This document shows positions 27,913 to 38,463 of a DNA stretch of 64,000 nt, in pieces. Below the pieces are notes generated by a model. It worked only from the letters and a program-made list of their open reading frames with translations, did no database searches and had not been told where the DNA came from. The position numbers were made by a program, and so were the translations under genes. This DNA comes from a virus. Its lineage: Duplodnaviria > Caudoviricetes. The first letter of the stretch is position 1, and the number at the start of each line of letters is the position of its first letter. The stretch lies in IMG/VR virus record IMGVR_UViG_3300036045_000523, positions 2,117-66,116 of that record; one strand, 5' to 3'.

Positions 27913-28140
27913 GTGTCACAGGAACAACGTAATGCGATTATATTGGCTGCTAAGTTAAAGGCATTGCATATCCAATACTTAGAGTTTCAGAAAGAATATA
28001 ACGAGGTTTATAAAGAGATATCTCGGAGCATCAGTACTGATTTTGTGCGTGAAGAGATTTTCTTTTTGTTAGATGATGAATCGGATTTGAATAGTGCAGC
28101 AAGTACAATGCAACTATTTGCGGAAACAGGAGGAATATAA
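27913..28140 (+). CDS. Hypothetical protein
   Basis: RBS ggagg with GTG start. Confidence 0.6.
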   Translation: MSQEQRNAIILAAKLKALHIQYLEFQKEYNEVYKEISRSISTDFVREEIFFLLDDESDLNSAASTMQLFAETGGI

Positions 28141-28143
28141 GTT

Positions 28144-28647
28144 ATGCAAGTTGGGCAATTAATTATTGCTCAACTCCTTACTAAAATTGAGGAGTTGAAT
28201 AGCGCGATCGCGTATCTTTCGGTTAATAGGTCATATAAAGTATTGACTAGAGAGGGAGCAGAAAGGAAATGGCAAGCAATAGACTTAAGACAGAAAAGCG
28301 TAATACTGTTTGATATTGATAATCTTCACGGACATAATCAGAAGCATGGATACGAGGAGATGAACAGACGGATTAGTTTGGTATTAAATTGTGTACGTTC
28401 ATGCGAGTTGTTAGGGTTGGTATTTTCAGGAGACGAGTTCTTTTTGGTAGTAAAAGAAGAGGAAGCGATCGCAACTTGTGAGCGGCTTCGTGCTGAGATG
28501 AAGCAATATCAAATGACAGCGACGATTGCAGTTTCACCAATTACATCAATGTCATTTCAAGTAAATTACCAAAAGCTTACAGAGTACATATTGCAAAGTA
28601 AGGCTATGGGAATGCGGAATGTTTTAATTACTAGCAAAAAGGGATAA
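28144..28647 (+). CDS. Stand-alone GGDEF-domain protein (SGDEF variant)
   Basis: LTR.G...ILFDIDNLH..N...G....N...FSGDEFFLV. Confidence 0.8.
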   Translation: MQVGQLIIAQLLTKIEELNSAIAYLSVNRSYKVLTREGAERKWQAIDLRQKSVILFDIDNLHGHNQKHGYEEMNRRISLVLNCVRSCELLGLVFSGDEFFLVVKEEEAIATCERLRAEMKQYQMTATIAVSPITSMSFQVNYQKLTEYILQSKAMGMRNVLITSKKG

Positions 28648-28648
28648 C

Positions 28649-28864
28649 GTGATGGATTACGAATCAGTTTCTTGCATTATAGAGACATTACATAATATAT
28701 ATATTGCAATTGAAAAACAAGAAGTTAGTCGAAGAGAGGCGATCGCACGTGTTGCGCTAGGAGGATTACTAGCAAATCCAGAGTATAGAACTGAGTCATT
28801 AGCCAATTTGGTAAGTGATGCAGTGAAAGCAGCGGATATATTAATTAAGGAGTTGGGCGAATGA
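28649..28864 (+). CDS. Hypothetical phage protein
   Basis: SRRE.IA..ALGGLLAN...AVKAADILI.EL, a common small phage motif. Confidence 0.65.
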   Translation: MMDYESVSCIIETLHNIYIAIEKQEVSRREAIARVALGGLLANPEYRTESLANLVSDAVKAADILIKELGE

Positions 28865-29055
28865 AAGCAACACACAAAGTGGTTTTATTTGAGAAAGAAT
28901 ACACCGCTCGTCAAGGTGAATGCGATCTATTTTGTTTTACAGAATACTGGCTAGAGATATTACCAATCGAAGACCCCGCGATAGCCTTGTTTATGGGTAA
29001 TATCGATGAATGCAACCTTTATTACGAGGAGAATTATTTAAGTTACCAGGCGTAA
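28861..29055 (+). CDS. Hypothetical protein
   Basis: ATGA-coupled to the upstream gene. Confidence 0.55.
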   Translation: MKATHKVVLFEKEYTARQGECDLFCFTEYWLEILPIEDPAIALFMGNIDECNLYYEENYLSYQA

Positions 29056-29123
29056 AAATATTTTTAATTGAGCGCTATCAAGCGCTCATCATATTTCAGC
29101 ATTATTAGGATAGGAGATAGAAA

Positions 29124-29828
29124 ATGATAGAATATGGATTATGTAATCCACCAGAGCCAATATATTTGTATGTGCGGAGTGGTGAGGATAATGGAGAGTC
29201 TTACTTATGGTATCGATACGACATTGAACAACAGCAAACGATTGTAGAACCGCGTCGGGGATTGTGCGGGAAACTACAAGAAATAAGGGTAACAAGTAAA
29301 GAGTATAAACAGAAGCAAAATCTAAAGCTTGATATAGTTGTTCAAGCGGACAAGGTTTATATAATTAGGTCTGGAATCGATACTTATTTTGCTAAGACTT
29401 TTTTACTAGCTTGCGCGATCGCTGATATTGGTCAGCCGTTAATAATATCTGTTACCCCAGGTGAGAACAACGTTGTTTTTTCCCGTGTGTATGATGCGAA
29501 AACAAAGCAGCGTTATAAAGCGGAATGGAACGAACACGCTGATTTTGCACAAATTATTACAGACTTGCAAGCAAGATTAGGACAGCAAATAAGCCAGTCC
29601 CGTACGGAGCCGTCTGACGTGGACAAATCTGCTGACACTTCGATAACCCCGATATACAGAGACTTATTGTTACAAGAAACCTCGTCATTGCTTAAGAGAA
29701 AATCAATTAATCTTGAAGATGCCAGGCAGATGTTACGAAAGTTTTACGGAGTTGAGTCGAGACAGCATCTTACAGACCAACAGTTGCTTGAATTCCGCGA
29801 TCGCTTGGCAGGAATTAGTAATAAATGA
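29124..29828 (+). CDS. Hypothetical protein, possibly ssDNA-binding or recombination related
   Basis: 234 aa; C-terminal FYGVESRQHLTDQQL helix motif. Confidence 0.6.
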   Translation: MIEYGLCNPPEPIYLYVRSGEDNGESYLWYRYDIEQQQTIVEPRRGLCGKLQEIRVTSKEYKQKQNLKLDIVVQADKVYIIRSGIDTYFAKTFLLACAIADIGQPLIISVTPGENNVVFSRVYDAKTKQRYKAEWNEHADFAQIITDLQARLGQQISQSRTEPSDVDKSADTSITPIYRDLLLQETSSLLKRKSINLEDARQMLRKFYGVESRQHLTDQQLLEFRDRLAGISNK

Positions 29829-30262
29829 TATACACAGATTTACCGAACGGCTTTGATGACATTCAGTTTAGTTTAATTGCTGAGAAAATTGACATCGTAA
29901 TAGAAAGAAGTCTGGACGATCATCTTGATGTTTCTAGGTTAAAAATACTTGCACAGATGCCAGGATGCAAAGTATTTGTTGCATCAAGATTACCCACTGA
30001 CGACATGTTGGGTATGTGCTTATTTTGCGATACAGCTTTATATGTACATATCTTTATCCATAAATGGATTTTAGAATGTCCTCCTTCTGTATTGCGGTTT
30101 ATTGTAGGACACGAACTTGCTCACGCGACTGAAGAAGGGCGACGACTGTATAGAATTAAAGATTGTTTTCTTGAACAATATTGTGATTCATTCAGTTTTG
30201 CATTGATGGATAAAGCCGATTGCTTGGAAGCAATAGATTTCTTGAATACTCATAAAAAATAA
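29825..30262 (+). CDS. HEXXH zinc metallopeptidase (ImmA/IrrE- or M48-like)
   Basis: RFIVGHELAH...EQYCDSF. Confidence 0.65.
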   Translation: MIYTDLPNGFDDIQFSLIAEKIDIVIERSLDDHLDVSRLKILAQMPGCKVFVASRLPTDDMLGMCLFCDTALYVHIFIHKWILECPPSVLRFIVGHELAHATEEGRRLYRIKDCFLEQYCDSFSFALMDKADCLEAIDFLNTHKK

Positions 30263-30493
30263 ATAATGAAAAGACAAGGAACTAGCAATATTAATCAAGC
30301 AGAGTTGCGGAACAAAAGAACAAATTAATTTAAAAAAAAGGTGGAATCACCACCCTTTGCGTACAAAACATTGGAGAAAAACAATAAGAGCCATACTACG
30401 ATTTCAAACTGATATCAGCTAGATGCACCTAAGTAATCAATAATACCTCGACCATCCACCGAAAGTTGGTATCAACAAAGCAAAATGCAAAAT

Positions 30494-31372
30494 CTACGGA
30501 ACCAACCAGGCAACGACTGAGCTACCTTCTCTGACCCTAGCATTTTGACCACGAGTTAAATAGACGCGCATATCAGCCTGTTGCCCGATCGCAAGTGCAA
30601 CAGGCTCATTATTTTGTATAGAAGCGGATAAATCGCCGTAAGCTGAATCGCTTTGATGCAATAAGATTTCTACGTTGTTTACGTAGAGTGAAAGCTTAAC
30701 AGCTAAAGGAATATTTGGTGTAGTTGTGTCTACACGTATTCGACTACTAAAGACGTAGTTACCAGTTACTGGGGCAGTAAATTGACCATTGGTAGCAAAC
30801 CCTGTACCAGTTAGAGATTCTAGGGGGATACGGTAATAAGTATCAGTGGAAGCGATCACAAAGGTCGCTGTTTTCCGCCCTAAAGCCTGAATCTTCCAAG
30901 CCCTACTATTTGCGTAATCAACGGTTGCGTATTGAGACAAGTCAGGGTCAACAGGACGAACAGTGAATAGGGGATAGTTAAAGAGCGAAGATATCGACCC
31001 ATTACTAGTTTGCACTCGTGCAATTTCTAAGCCTATACTAGGGCGCGTGGTAGCAATAGCGATCGCTCCATCTGCACCTACAAAAATAAAAGAAGTTGCG
31101 TTGTTTGGGGCCGTGACGTTACCGGGCATAACTGTAGCAACTAATCCAGATGGCAGTTTTACTACTCCCCCAGTGTAAGTAAGATTTAATCCTGAAACTA
31201 CTGATACACGGAAAGCTTGAGCAGTTTCAGATTTTAATTGGTTAATGGTTTGGTTAGCGATCGCCAGTTTCTCTTCAAGATCGCTAATTTTAGCCTTTAC
31301 TGCATTAATCCACTGAAAACCAAGGCGATCGCCATTTGCCGCTTGCTGGTCTAAAGAAACAATATCCGCCAT
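30494..31372 (-). CDS. Tail fibre / receptor-binding protein with a C1q-like C-terminus
   Basis: GQFTAPVTGNYVFS; beta-rich. Confidence 0.65.
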   Translation of the reverse strand: MADIVSLDQQAANGDRLGFQWINAVKAKISDLEEKLAIANQTINQLKSETAQAFRVSVVSGLNLTYTGGVVKLPSGLVATVMPGNVTAPNNATSFIFVGADGAIAIATTRPSIGLEIARVQTSNGSISSLFNYPLFTVRPVDPDLSQYATVDYANSRAWKIQALGRKTATFVIASTDTYYRIPLESLTGTGFATNGQFTAPVTGNYVFSSRIRVDTTTPNIPLAVKLSLYVNNVEILLHQSDSAYGDLSASIQNNEPVALAIGQQADMRVYLTRGQNARVREGSSVVAWLVP

Positions 31373-32842
31373 CTAGGCAACTCTCCATACAATCAAATAG
31401 TTATTTGCAGCACTTGCATCAATCTGTGAGCTACTAATCACGCTGCTTGCACCAATCGCTTGAGTAATTGTATCTATTCTCAAAGTAGTTCCTGCTGACA
31501 AGCCAGTTTCAAATCTAAACCCGCTTTGTTTGTTAATAAAGGTTGCTTGAGTCGCACCATAAGTATAAGTGAAGAAATCACCAACATCAAAAGCACCCCC
31601 AGCGTTCTGCAATATGCCCCTAAATCGTATTTGTACCTGTCCCTGACTTGATTGGTAATTGCCAGTTATCGACCCCTGAAGTGATAAAAAGAATAGATAA
31701 GCCCCCGTTTCTGCGATCGTAATAATTCCGTTAGCATCAAGTAAGTTCCCTGCATTTATTACGCGAGGGTTCCAGATTACAGTTTGCCGATTATCCTGTC
31801 CCAAAGCGATCGCAGCGGATCGCCTTGCAAATATCAATGGCGCTGGTAATTTATTCGAGGTTGCCAAAGCAGCAATCGCATCCTCTACATATTGCGCCGT
31901 TGGTATCTCTGTACTCTTTTCTCCTCCAGCAACGGGGAACGTTAATACACTCCTTTTTGCTGTCCCTGTCATTACTGGATTACTTCGTGGCAATCCTGCG
32001 GCAATAGTTAAATAGTTTGACAGGTCTGGGTTAGGGATAGAAGCGATCGCATCTTTCACATCCCCTCTTGCCGCTGCTTCACTACTCCCAGTCCAAGTAG
32101 TAGCGTTGTAACCTACAATCTGCGCCCCAGTTCCCCCCGCCGCTCCCTTCGCAGCAATCATTAACCAATTTACATTATCCCCAGTTAAGGGCGGAGAAAG
32201 GTTTTGTGCTGGCGTCGCATTCCGCCATACGTAGCTATTGCCGTTAAAACTAACAACGTCGCCTAGCTGGTAAATCGTGTTAGCGGTGTATGCCCCTTTG
32301 ATTACAAATTTAGAAGAGATGCGATCGCGGTAAGTTGCAACCGTCGTCAGCAACTCTGCAAGTCGTGATAGACCAATATCAAACCAAGGCGATTGTGACG
32401 GAATTCCTAACAGTGTCGTAAAGTCTACAGGCGTCGGGCTATCTGGGGCGATCGCATGAAACGGGTCTTGTAAAGATACATTACTCTGCTGTTGCACTCT
32501 ATCTAGCAGTCGTGAAGTCGTATCATGAGTGCTACCTGTATAATACTTACCATCGGTCGCCCATAAGTGAGTCGGCCCATTGTAGACCGTGCCATCTAAT
32601 AAATAAAAAGTAGTAACTGTTTTCGTCTCGAATAATTCCCATTTATAAGTTATACCCTCCCCATTTTGTATGTTTTGCGATTGGGGGAGGATAATAGTAA
32701 ACGTTGAGGAGGCGATCGCTGCTTCATAAGCGACCAAGACTAAAGTATCAGGATTTGTTGTTGTATCAATAAAAGGATGATCCGGTGTTGCCCGTATCAA
32801 GCCTGTAATGTTTCCGTTAATTTTGCCTGTTATTTGTACCAT
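31373..32842 (-). CDS. Tail fibre protein
   Basis: KGAY.....YQLGDVVSFNGNSY...W..IAAKG motif, IPTAQYV, C1q-like end. Confidence 0.7.
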   Translation of the reverse strand: MVQITGKINGNITGLIRATPDHPFIDTTTNPDTLVLVAYEAAIASSTFTIILPQSQNIQNGEGITYKWELFETKTVTTFYLLDGTVYNGPTHLWATDGKYYTGSTHDTTSRLLDRVQQQSNVSLQDPFHAIAPDSPTPVDFTTLLGIPSQSPWFDIGLSRLAELLTTVATYRDRISSKFVIKGAYTANTIYQLGDVVSFNGNSYVWRNATPAQNLSPPLTGDNVNWLMIAAKGAAGGTGAQIVGYNATTWTGSSEAAARGDVKDAIASIPNPDLSNYLTIAAGLPRSNPVMTGTAKRSVLTFPVAGGEKSTEIPTAQYVEDAIAALATSNKLPAPLIFARRSAAIALGQDNRQTVIWNPRVINAGNLLDANGIITIAETGAYLFFLSLQGSITGNYQSSQGQVQIRFRGILQNAGGAFDVGDFFTYTYGATQATFINKQSGFRFETGLSAGTTLRIDTITQAIGASSVISSSQIDASAANNYLIVWRVA

Positions 32843-32889
32843 ACAAGAAGAAATAAAGTGCAGCGCTTATGAAGGCGCTGCACTTGTCA

Positions 32890-33432
32890 CTAAACGTCGA
32901 TGTTCACTGTACCAGGTAAACCAACCTCAGATGGAACTATCTCAATAGTATCAGGTGTTTCAGGTACGGGGTTACTTGGTTCAACAGGTTGAGTGTCACC
33001 TGGTTGAGTTGGGTTTGTCGGTGATTCGACGCTAGGGACTAATTGTTTTACAACGTCTTTAGCATTGCTAAGTCTTTCGGTATTCATGTTGAGAAGCGCG
33101 ATCGCTTGCTGTAAATCCTCGGCTCTTGCCATTCCATTTGCTGCATCTTCCAATGCTTTTTTGATTTGAGGGGCGACTTCGTTCACTGTGTCAAGGACGG
33201 CAGCGATCGCTAGCCCATTCGTCTCAATTGCTTGCATCAACTCGCTAAAAGATGCCATAACAACCTCCTTTAATTCCTGTATTTCTTGTTTAAGAGAAGC
33301 CACTGCGTTGCGGGGGTTCCCCACGGCAGTCGTCTCAACGGAGGATACCTCCGCACGACGCTGCCTCCCGTTGTAGCACGTGGCGTTTTTTCGCTTTGCC
33401 ATATAACGGTCAAGCCATTTGTAAAGTATCAT
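32890..33432 (-). CDS. Hypothetical protein with a nested repeat in its 5' part; alternative start ~33258
   Basis: The ORF stays open across the 88-nt nested repeat; aggagg precedes MASFSEL. Confidence 0.55.
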   Translation of the reverse strand: MILYKWLDRYMAKRKNATCYNGRQRRAEVSSVETTAVGNPRNAVASLKQEIQELKEVVMASFSELMQAIETNGLAIAAVLDTVNEVAPQIKKALEDAANGMARAEDLQQAIALLNMNTERLSNAKDVVKQLVPSVESPTNPTQPGDTQPVEPSNPVPETPDTIEIVPSEVGLPGTVNIDV

Positions 33433-33594
33433 GCTTAATACAATAGTGCTAGTTTAAAAACAAAATTCCCTTGAAGTGTATCGACCACCACGCAAGGGAA
33501 TTTTAACAATTTAATTTATGGTTTGTATATTATGGAGAAGTATAGAACAACTTCACTTGTTCTACAGAATTAAATATAACACAAATAGAAAAAC

Positions 33595-33813
33595 ATGAGA
33601 AGATTAAGAGCCGCAATAAAATCTAATTGGAAAACTACCACAATAGGGTTGATTACGGCTAGCTCTAGCTACATTACTATGTTTCCTGACGGGTTCAACC
33701 AAGGGCTTGTTAATTTCTCTCGATTTGTGCAAGTTGGGGGATTAGCTTGTCTAGGAATAGTTAGCAAAGATTTTGATAAAACTAATGCAAGAAACGACAT
33801 CGAACAACCTTAG
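33595..33813 (+). CDS. Putative holin
   Basis: NWKTT.IG...GI.SKD, small two-TM pattern. Confidence 0.55.
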   Translation: MRRLRAAIKSNWKTTTIGLITASSSYITMFPDGFNQGLVNFSRFVQVGGLACLGIVSKDFDKTNARNDIEQP

Positions 33814-35596
33814 AATTGATTCTTATCAGCTTGCAAGAGCATTTGGCGGATTGCTACATAATCGCATGAGTGGTCTTGGTACGGGACGAGATAAAACGCA
33901 ATATACCGAAATAAACCCGTTTGTGCGATCGCTCACTGAGCAAGAATTAAGCGGATTGTATCGCAAATCTGGAGTATTGCAACGCGCAGTGTCCATTTAC
34001 CCGCAGGATGCGAAACAGATATGGTGTAAACTCAACTTTGCCAATGACATTATTTTACCAGAACAAATATTTAATTATGCTAAGCAATTAGGGCTGAGAG
34101 ATGCGATCGCACTTGCATCTCTATATTCTCGCTGGTTTGGTGATGGTTATATTTTGATGGGAATTGCAGACGGGAATGAGGCGAGTGAGGAAGTAGACCG
34201 CGATCGCATTAAATCAATTCGTTGGCTAAAGGTTCTATCACGCTGGGAGATGCGTCCAATACGCCCCTCCTCTAATAGATGGGAAGATGTAAAGATGTAT
34301 GAATTCTTAGCACTTTCTTTACCAGATAATGCAAGGTACTGGCATTCAAGTAGAGTGTTGCGGTTTAGTGGCGTAAGATTAGATCGATACGGGATGGCGG
34401 CAAATAACGGTAGTCACGATTCTGTCATCCAGTCAATGTATGAGTCATTCTGTGCTTACTATCCTGGGGTACAATCTCTGAGTATCATGGTGCAAGACCA
34501 TAGGTTAAGAATGTTTGGAGTAAGGGGGCTTGCCTCAACAAATAAAGACGAACTCGTAGAAAGGGCGATGACAAACGACCTTACACGGTCAACAGCTAAG
34601 GTGGAAATATACGATCTGGATAACGAGTCCATAAGCAATTTGACTAACAACTATTCTGGAATTGATAAGGCGATAGAACGCCTAGAGGAATGCTGGTCAA
34701 GCGACACCGACGTTAGTAGGGTTGTATTATTCAACCAGCTTGGTAAGACAGCCTTGACATCGGGGGAGGCGTTTAGATTTGCAAGGCTTGACCATGCATA
34801 TAGGCTGAACTCGTGGCAAGAAAATGTACAGCGATCGCCATTGGAAAATTTCTTTACTTTATTGATGCGATCGCAGGATTCTCCGACCAAGGGTAAACTC
34901 CCTGACGGTTGGTCTTTGTCTTTTCCTCTTAACTATCGCATGACGGTAGAAGAGGAGTTGACAGTGCAGAAGATGGCGGGCGAGAGAGATGAAAAATATA
35001 TCGCTCTTGGAGTATACGATGCAGCGACCGCACGTCGTCAGTTTGAGGCGAGCGAGTTTGACCACAACATTACCCTTGAAGAAACAACGCCAGGTCGCAC
35101 AACGGACGACACCTCCGCAACGCAGGGCACGCCAGGTCGCACAACGGAGGACACCTCAGCAAGCGACTGGCTCTTCAGAACAGATAGTGCTTGGGGTGTT
35201 TGGTTTGGTGGAAGACGAACGCCGATCTGTGTTGAAGCTGGCGATCGCTCCGAAGCCATATCTAAAGCCCGCAAAAAGAAAAAACGCGGCGGTGATAACG
35301 TAGACACTGCTCGTCTTTTAACAGACTCGGAACGAAAAATAGCAAATTCGGGGGGTTGGGTGCGTTCTGGAGCAAAACACCAACCTCCTGGATATAACAA
35401 GAGTAAGCGAGGATTTGGCCCAGAACCTAGAAAAGATTCTATCCCCCAGGAGATCGTAGATAGTGCGATCGCTGCGATCGCACTCCTCGACAGCGATCCA
35501 ACAATTCAAGTTGACTCTAAATATGTTGAGATGGCTGAGGCGATCGTTTTTAGTGAAGTTGATCAGATGGAATGGAAAAGCTTGTTTGCGGATTAA
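33785..35596 (+). CDS. Portal protein (DUF1073-like) with a C-terminal extension
   Basis: GLGT.RDK, LY....V...P.D, SRWFG.G, HSSRVLRF.G, LF.Q. Confidence 0.8.
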   Translation: MQETTSNNLRIDSYQLARAFGGLLHNRMSGLGTGRDKTQYTEINPFVRSLTEQELSGLYRKSGVLQRAVSIYPQDAKQIWCKLNFANDIILPEQIFNYAKQLGLRDAIALASLYSRWFGDGYILMGIADGNEASEEVDRDRIKSIRWLKVLSRWEMRPIRPSSNRWEDVKMYEFLALSLPDNARYWHSSRVLRFSGVRLDRYGMAANNGSHDSVIQSMYESFCAYYPGVQSLSIMVQDHRLRMFGVRGLASTNKDELVERAMTNDLTRSTAKVEIYDLDNESISNLTNNYSGIDKAIERLEECWSSDTDVSRVVLFNQLGKTALTSGEAFRFARLDHAYRLNSWQENVQRSPLENFFTLLMRSQDSPTKGKLPDGWSLSFPLNYRMTVEEELTVQKMAGERDEKYIALGVYDAATARRQFEASEFDHNITLEETTPGRTTDDTSATQGTPGRTTEDTSASDWLFRTDSAWGVWFGGRRTPICVEAGDRSEAISKARKKKKRGGDNVDTARLLTDSERKIANSGGWVRSGAKHQPPGYNKSKRGFGPEPRKDSIPQEIVDSAIAAIALLDSDPTIQVDSKYVEMAEAIVFSEVDQMEWKSLFAD

Positions 35597-35659
35597 AAGT
35601 TCTCCGTTTTTTGGAGGACTTCATTAAGTCTAGACCTTGGTAGTTTTGGATAGGTTTTG

Positions 35660-35790
35660 CAGAACGGTAAATTCGTTCAACGCCAGAACCACCTTTCTGT
35701 ATACGCTCTACCACCTCCACAACTATGTGGAAGTCGATGTTTTCTACAAAACTTTTAAGTAAAGTCCTTGCCCGCCGTTGATTTTCCGGT
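35660..35790 (-). pseudogene. AntA/AntB-like antirepressor remnant
   Basis: Reverse strand reads ARTLLKSFVENIDFHIVVEV...GG with no usable start. Confidence 0.35.
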
Positions 35791-35821
35791 CAGCACATAA
35801 AACAAAATAGAGAAACGAGTT

Positions 35822-36349
35822 ATGCAAAATGAGGTAACAGAATTTCTCCCGGCTTGTTACAGGCAGGGGGATGAGCAGGAAGAAATAGCGATCGCGCTAA
35901 CGCAGGGATTAGCAGAAAAGTATGTGGGGTTGATGCGTACGCTTGCGACCTACCAGGAAGATTATTTAGAACCAGCGACGTGTAAAGAAGAATGGTTGGA
36001 TGTGTTGGCGTATTGGTCAGGTTGGGGGGAGTTGTGGGATGGGTCGTGGTTGGTGGAAGAGAAGCGATCGCTGTTGTTAGCAAGCGATCAGATTTGGAGT
36101 AATCGAGGAAATAAGGATGTTTTGGAGATATTGTTTAATATATTTGGATTAACGGTAAAGTTAAGAGGAGCAACGGGATTTATATTAAATACAACAACAT
36201 TTCCGGGAGGTTTAGGGGTTGACCCTTTTACTTATTTGGTGTCAGTCCCCACGACATACGTAGCTGGGTCGCCAGAATTAAAGATATTAGAAAGATTGTT
36301 AAAAGATTTTTTACCATGCTGGATAAGCCTAATAATTCAGTTGGAGTGA
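35822..36349 (+). CDS. Baseplate/tail protein (P2 gpI-like)
   Basis: LEP.TC..EWLD.LA.W.G...W....KR.LL.......RG. Confidence 0.75.
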   Translation: MQNEVTEFLPACYRQGDEQEEIAIALTQGLAEKYVGLMRTLATYQEDYLEPATCKEEWLDVLAYWSGWGELWDGSWLVEEKRSLLLASDQIWSNRGNKDVLEILFNIFGLTVKLRGATGFILNTTTFPGGLGVDPFTYLVSVPTTYVAGSPELKILERLLKDFLPCWISLIIQLE

Positions 36350-36350
36350 T

Positions 36351-38282
36351 ATGGCTCAGTCAGTAGTAAGTATTGCGATTCAAGCAAGAAATTTAACGGG
36401 TGGTGTTTGGCGTCAGTTACAAGCTCAGATACAGGGTACAGATGCAGCGCTAAAAAGATTTCAGAATACAAGTAATGCAACTAGAAACGCACAAGGCAGA
36501 CTGAGGGATGCCAATGGTCGCTTTGTAGCAGAAAGTAGAGGAGGAATTTCAGGATTAACTGGGGGTGTTGCTGGACTTAGCGTAGGGTACATTGGTCTTG
36601 GAGCAGCTATTAATGTCGCCACACAAGCAATTGGGGCTTTATCTAGGGCGGGGAACGCGGCGATACAAAGGCAAGTAGAGCAAGTACAAGCCCTCTCTAC
36701 TGCGATGCAAACATTAGGATTGTCGCAGCAACAAGCGGGAAGATATACACAAGAAATTGAGAAAGATATAGCCCGGCTAGGAAAGGATTTACCAACATCA
36801 GCTGAGTCGATTCAGGTCTTTTTTAGAACAATTCAAGATGATTACAATCTTGCTTTAAAGGGTAGTGGGGCGTCTCTAGATACTATTAAAAAAGCGCAAT
36901 TATCATCAAGCTCAAGAATCGCTTTATTATCTGATTTAGCAGGCGGTGATATTGGAGCAAGTCGTGCAGCAGTATCAGCATTCTTAGGTGGTAGTGTGGG
37001 TGCTAGGGGATTAAATCAGTATCAGTTTTTTGCAAATAATCCTCAGCTAACTTCCGCCCTGAAATCGGGATTAACAGCCAAAGGTGTAGATTCAACTGGG
37101 GACTTGTCGGCATTTGAGCGAATTAAACTATTTACGGAAGCTTTAGAAAAAGCTGTGACTCCGGAAATGATTAATCTATTGCAAGGCACTGTAAAGGCGA
37201 GAATATCAGCTTTTATGGATTCACTCTTTGATCCGACAATAGGACTGTTTTCTATAGAAAGAGACCTTGAACCAAAAATAGACGGATATCAATCTGTTTT
37301 TACCGCGTTTGGCGACACTTTAGATATCGTGGTTGGGCAAAATGGAATATTAAGCAATTTGGCGAGACTATTGGGTTTAGATTCTGTCGATCCAATGCGA
37401 TCGCTCTTCGATAGCGTTAACCGTCTAAACTCCTGGCTTCTTGGCATATCCGGTAGAATGGCAGCATTAAAGAGATTGACCGGGGTAGATATTGGTAAAG
37501 CTTTAGGTAGTGGGCTTGCTCAGATTGTAAATTATATTTTTTCGTTGCCTTCTAAAGCGATCGCAGCGATCTCAACCCTTGATTATAAAGAACTATTTAA
37601 AGGTTTATTTTATGGGGTTGGTGAGTTTTTCGCTCAATTGGATTATAAACAGTTGATTGGAGTTTATACTTTACCAACCTTAATTAAGGCGATCGCGGCG
37701 ATCGCATCCGGTCTATTTGGGGCGATATACGAAGTTGGGGCGGAAGGTGCTACCGTCGTCAAAGCTAAATTAGCTGATGCAGTTAAGCCAATTTTTGAGG
37801 TGATTGATGCGATCGCTGAAAGTATTACTAACTTCTCTTCTTCAGTTCAAACAAAGGTCAGCGAATTAGCTGGATTTGAACCGAAGTCTACCCCAGTTAG
37901 CAAAATAGCTAATACAACTGCAACGGGTTCGTTGTTTGGCGGACTAGGGGGAATTATAAATAGTATTGGTAGCTTCTTCTCTAGGGCTGATGGGTTTATC
38001 CCTGCTAATAATGGCTTGCTTGGTGCGATCGCCTCTGAAGCAGCCCGGAAGCCATCAGGATCTGATTTTGTGATCGCTAACTCCTCAGAAGCAATTTTAA
38101 CCCCACGGATGTTGACCAACCTGACGGGCAACTTACTAAATGTGGGAAGCAAGACAATTAACTTTCAACCTGGCTCGATTGTTCTCAATCTTCCTTCGGG
38201 TACGCCCACTGAAATTGCTATGGAAGCGATCGCTATCCTTGAACGTGCGATCGCGCAAGAATTGGAAACTAGGATTGCTTAA
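36351..38282 (+). CDS. Tape measure protein
   Basis: Ala/Gly-rich helical 643-aa protein next to the tail chaperones; VIANSSE.IL motif. Confidence 0.7.
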   Translation: MAQSVVSIAIQARNLTGGVWRQLQAQIQGTDAALKRFQNTSNATRNAQGRLRDANGRFVAESRGGISGLTGGVAGLSVGYIGLGAAINVATQAIGALSRAGNAAIQRQVEQVQALSTAMQTLGLSQQQAGRYTQEIEKDIARLGKDLPTSAESIQVFFRTIQDDYNLALKGSGASLDTIKKAQLSSSSRIALLSDLAGGDIGASRAAVSAFLGGSVGARGLNQYQFFANNPQLTSALKSGLTAKGVDSTGDLSAFERIKLFTEALEKAVTPEMINLLQGTVKARISAFMDSLFDPTIGLFSIERDLEPKIDGYQSVFTAFGDTLDIVVGQNGILSNLARLLGLDSVDPMRSLFDSVNRLNSWLLGISGRMAALKRLTGVDIGKALGSGLAQIVNYIFSLPSKAIAAISTLDYKELFKGLFYGVGEFFAQLDYKQLIGVYTLPTLIKAIAAIASGLFGAIYEVGAEGATVVKAKLADAVKPIFEVIDAIAESITNFSSSVQTKVSELAGFEPKSTPVSKIANTTATGSLFGGLGGIINSIGSFFSRADGFIPANNGLLGAIASEAARKPSGSDFVIANSSEAILTPRMLTNLTGNLLNVGSKTINFQPGSIVLNLPSGTPTEIAMEAIAILERAIAQELETRIA

Positions 38283-38463
38283 TTGAGTTTTTTTGAAAAT
38301 GCGTTCGTTCTTCTTCAAGAACTTGTTGGTAAACTGTAATCATTCTGTTAATGACTGTCAAAGGTCTTTTCCGCCAGGTTTCGTAATTGCTAAAAGATTT
38401 GTCGCTAAGAATGAATACTATTTTTAGTCGTTCTTCTTTACTCTTCTGCTGCCACGATTTCAT
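38269..38463 (-). CDS. Tail assembly chaperone, downstream part (gpT-like)
   Basis: Overlaps the upstream chaperone gene. Confidence 0.45.
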   Translation of the reverse strand: MKSWQQKSKEERLKIVFILSDKSFSNYETWRKRPLTVINRMITVYQQVLEEERTHFQKNSIKQS

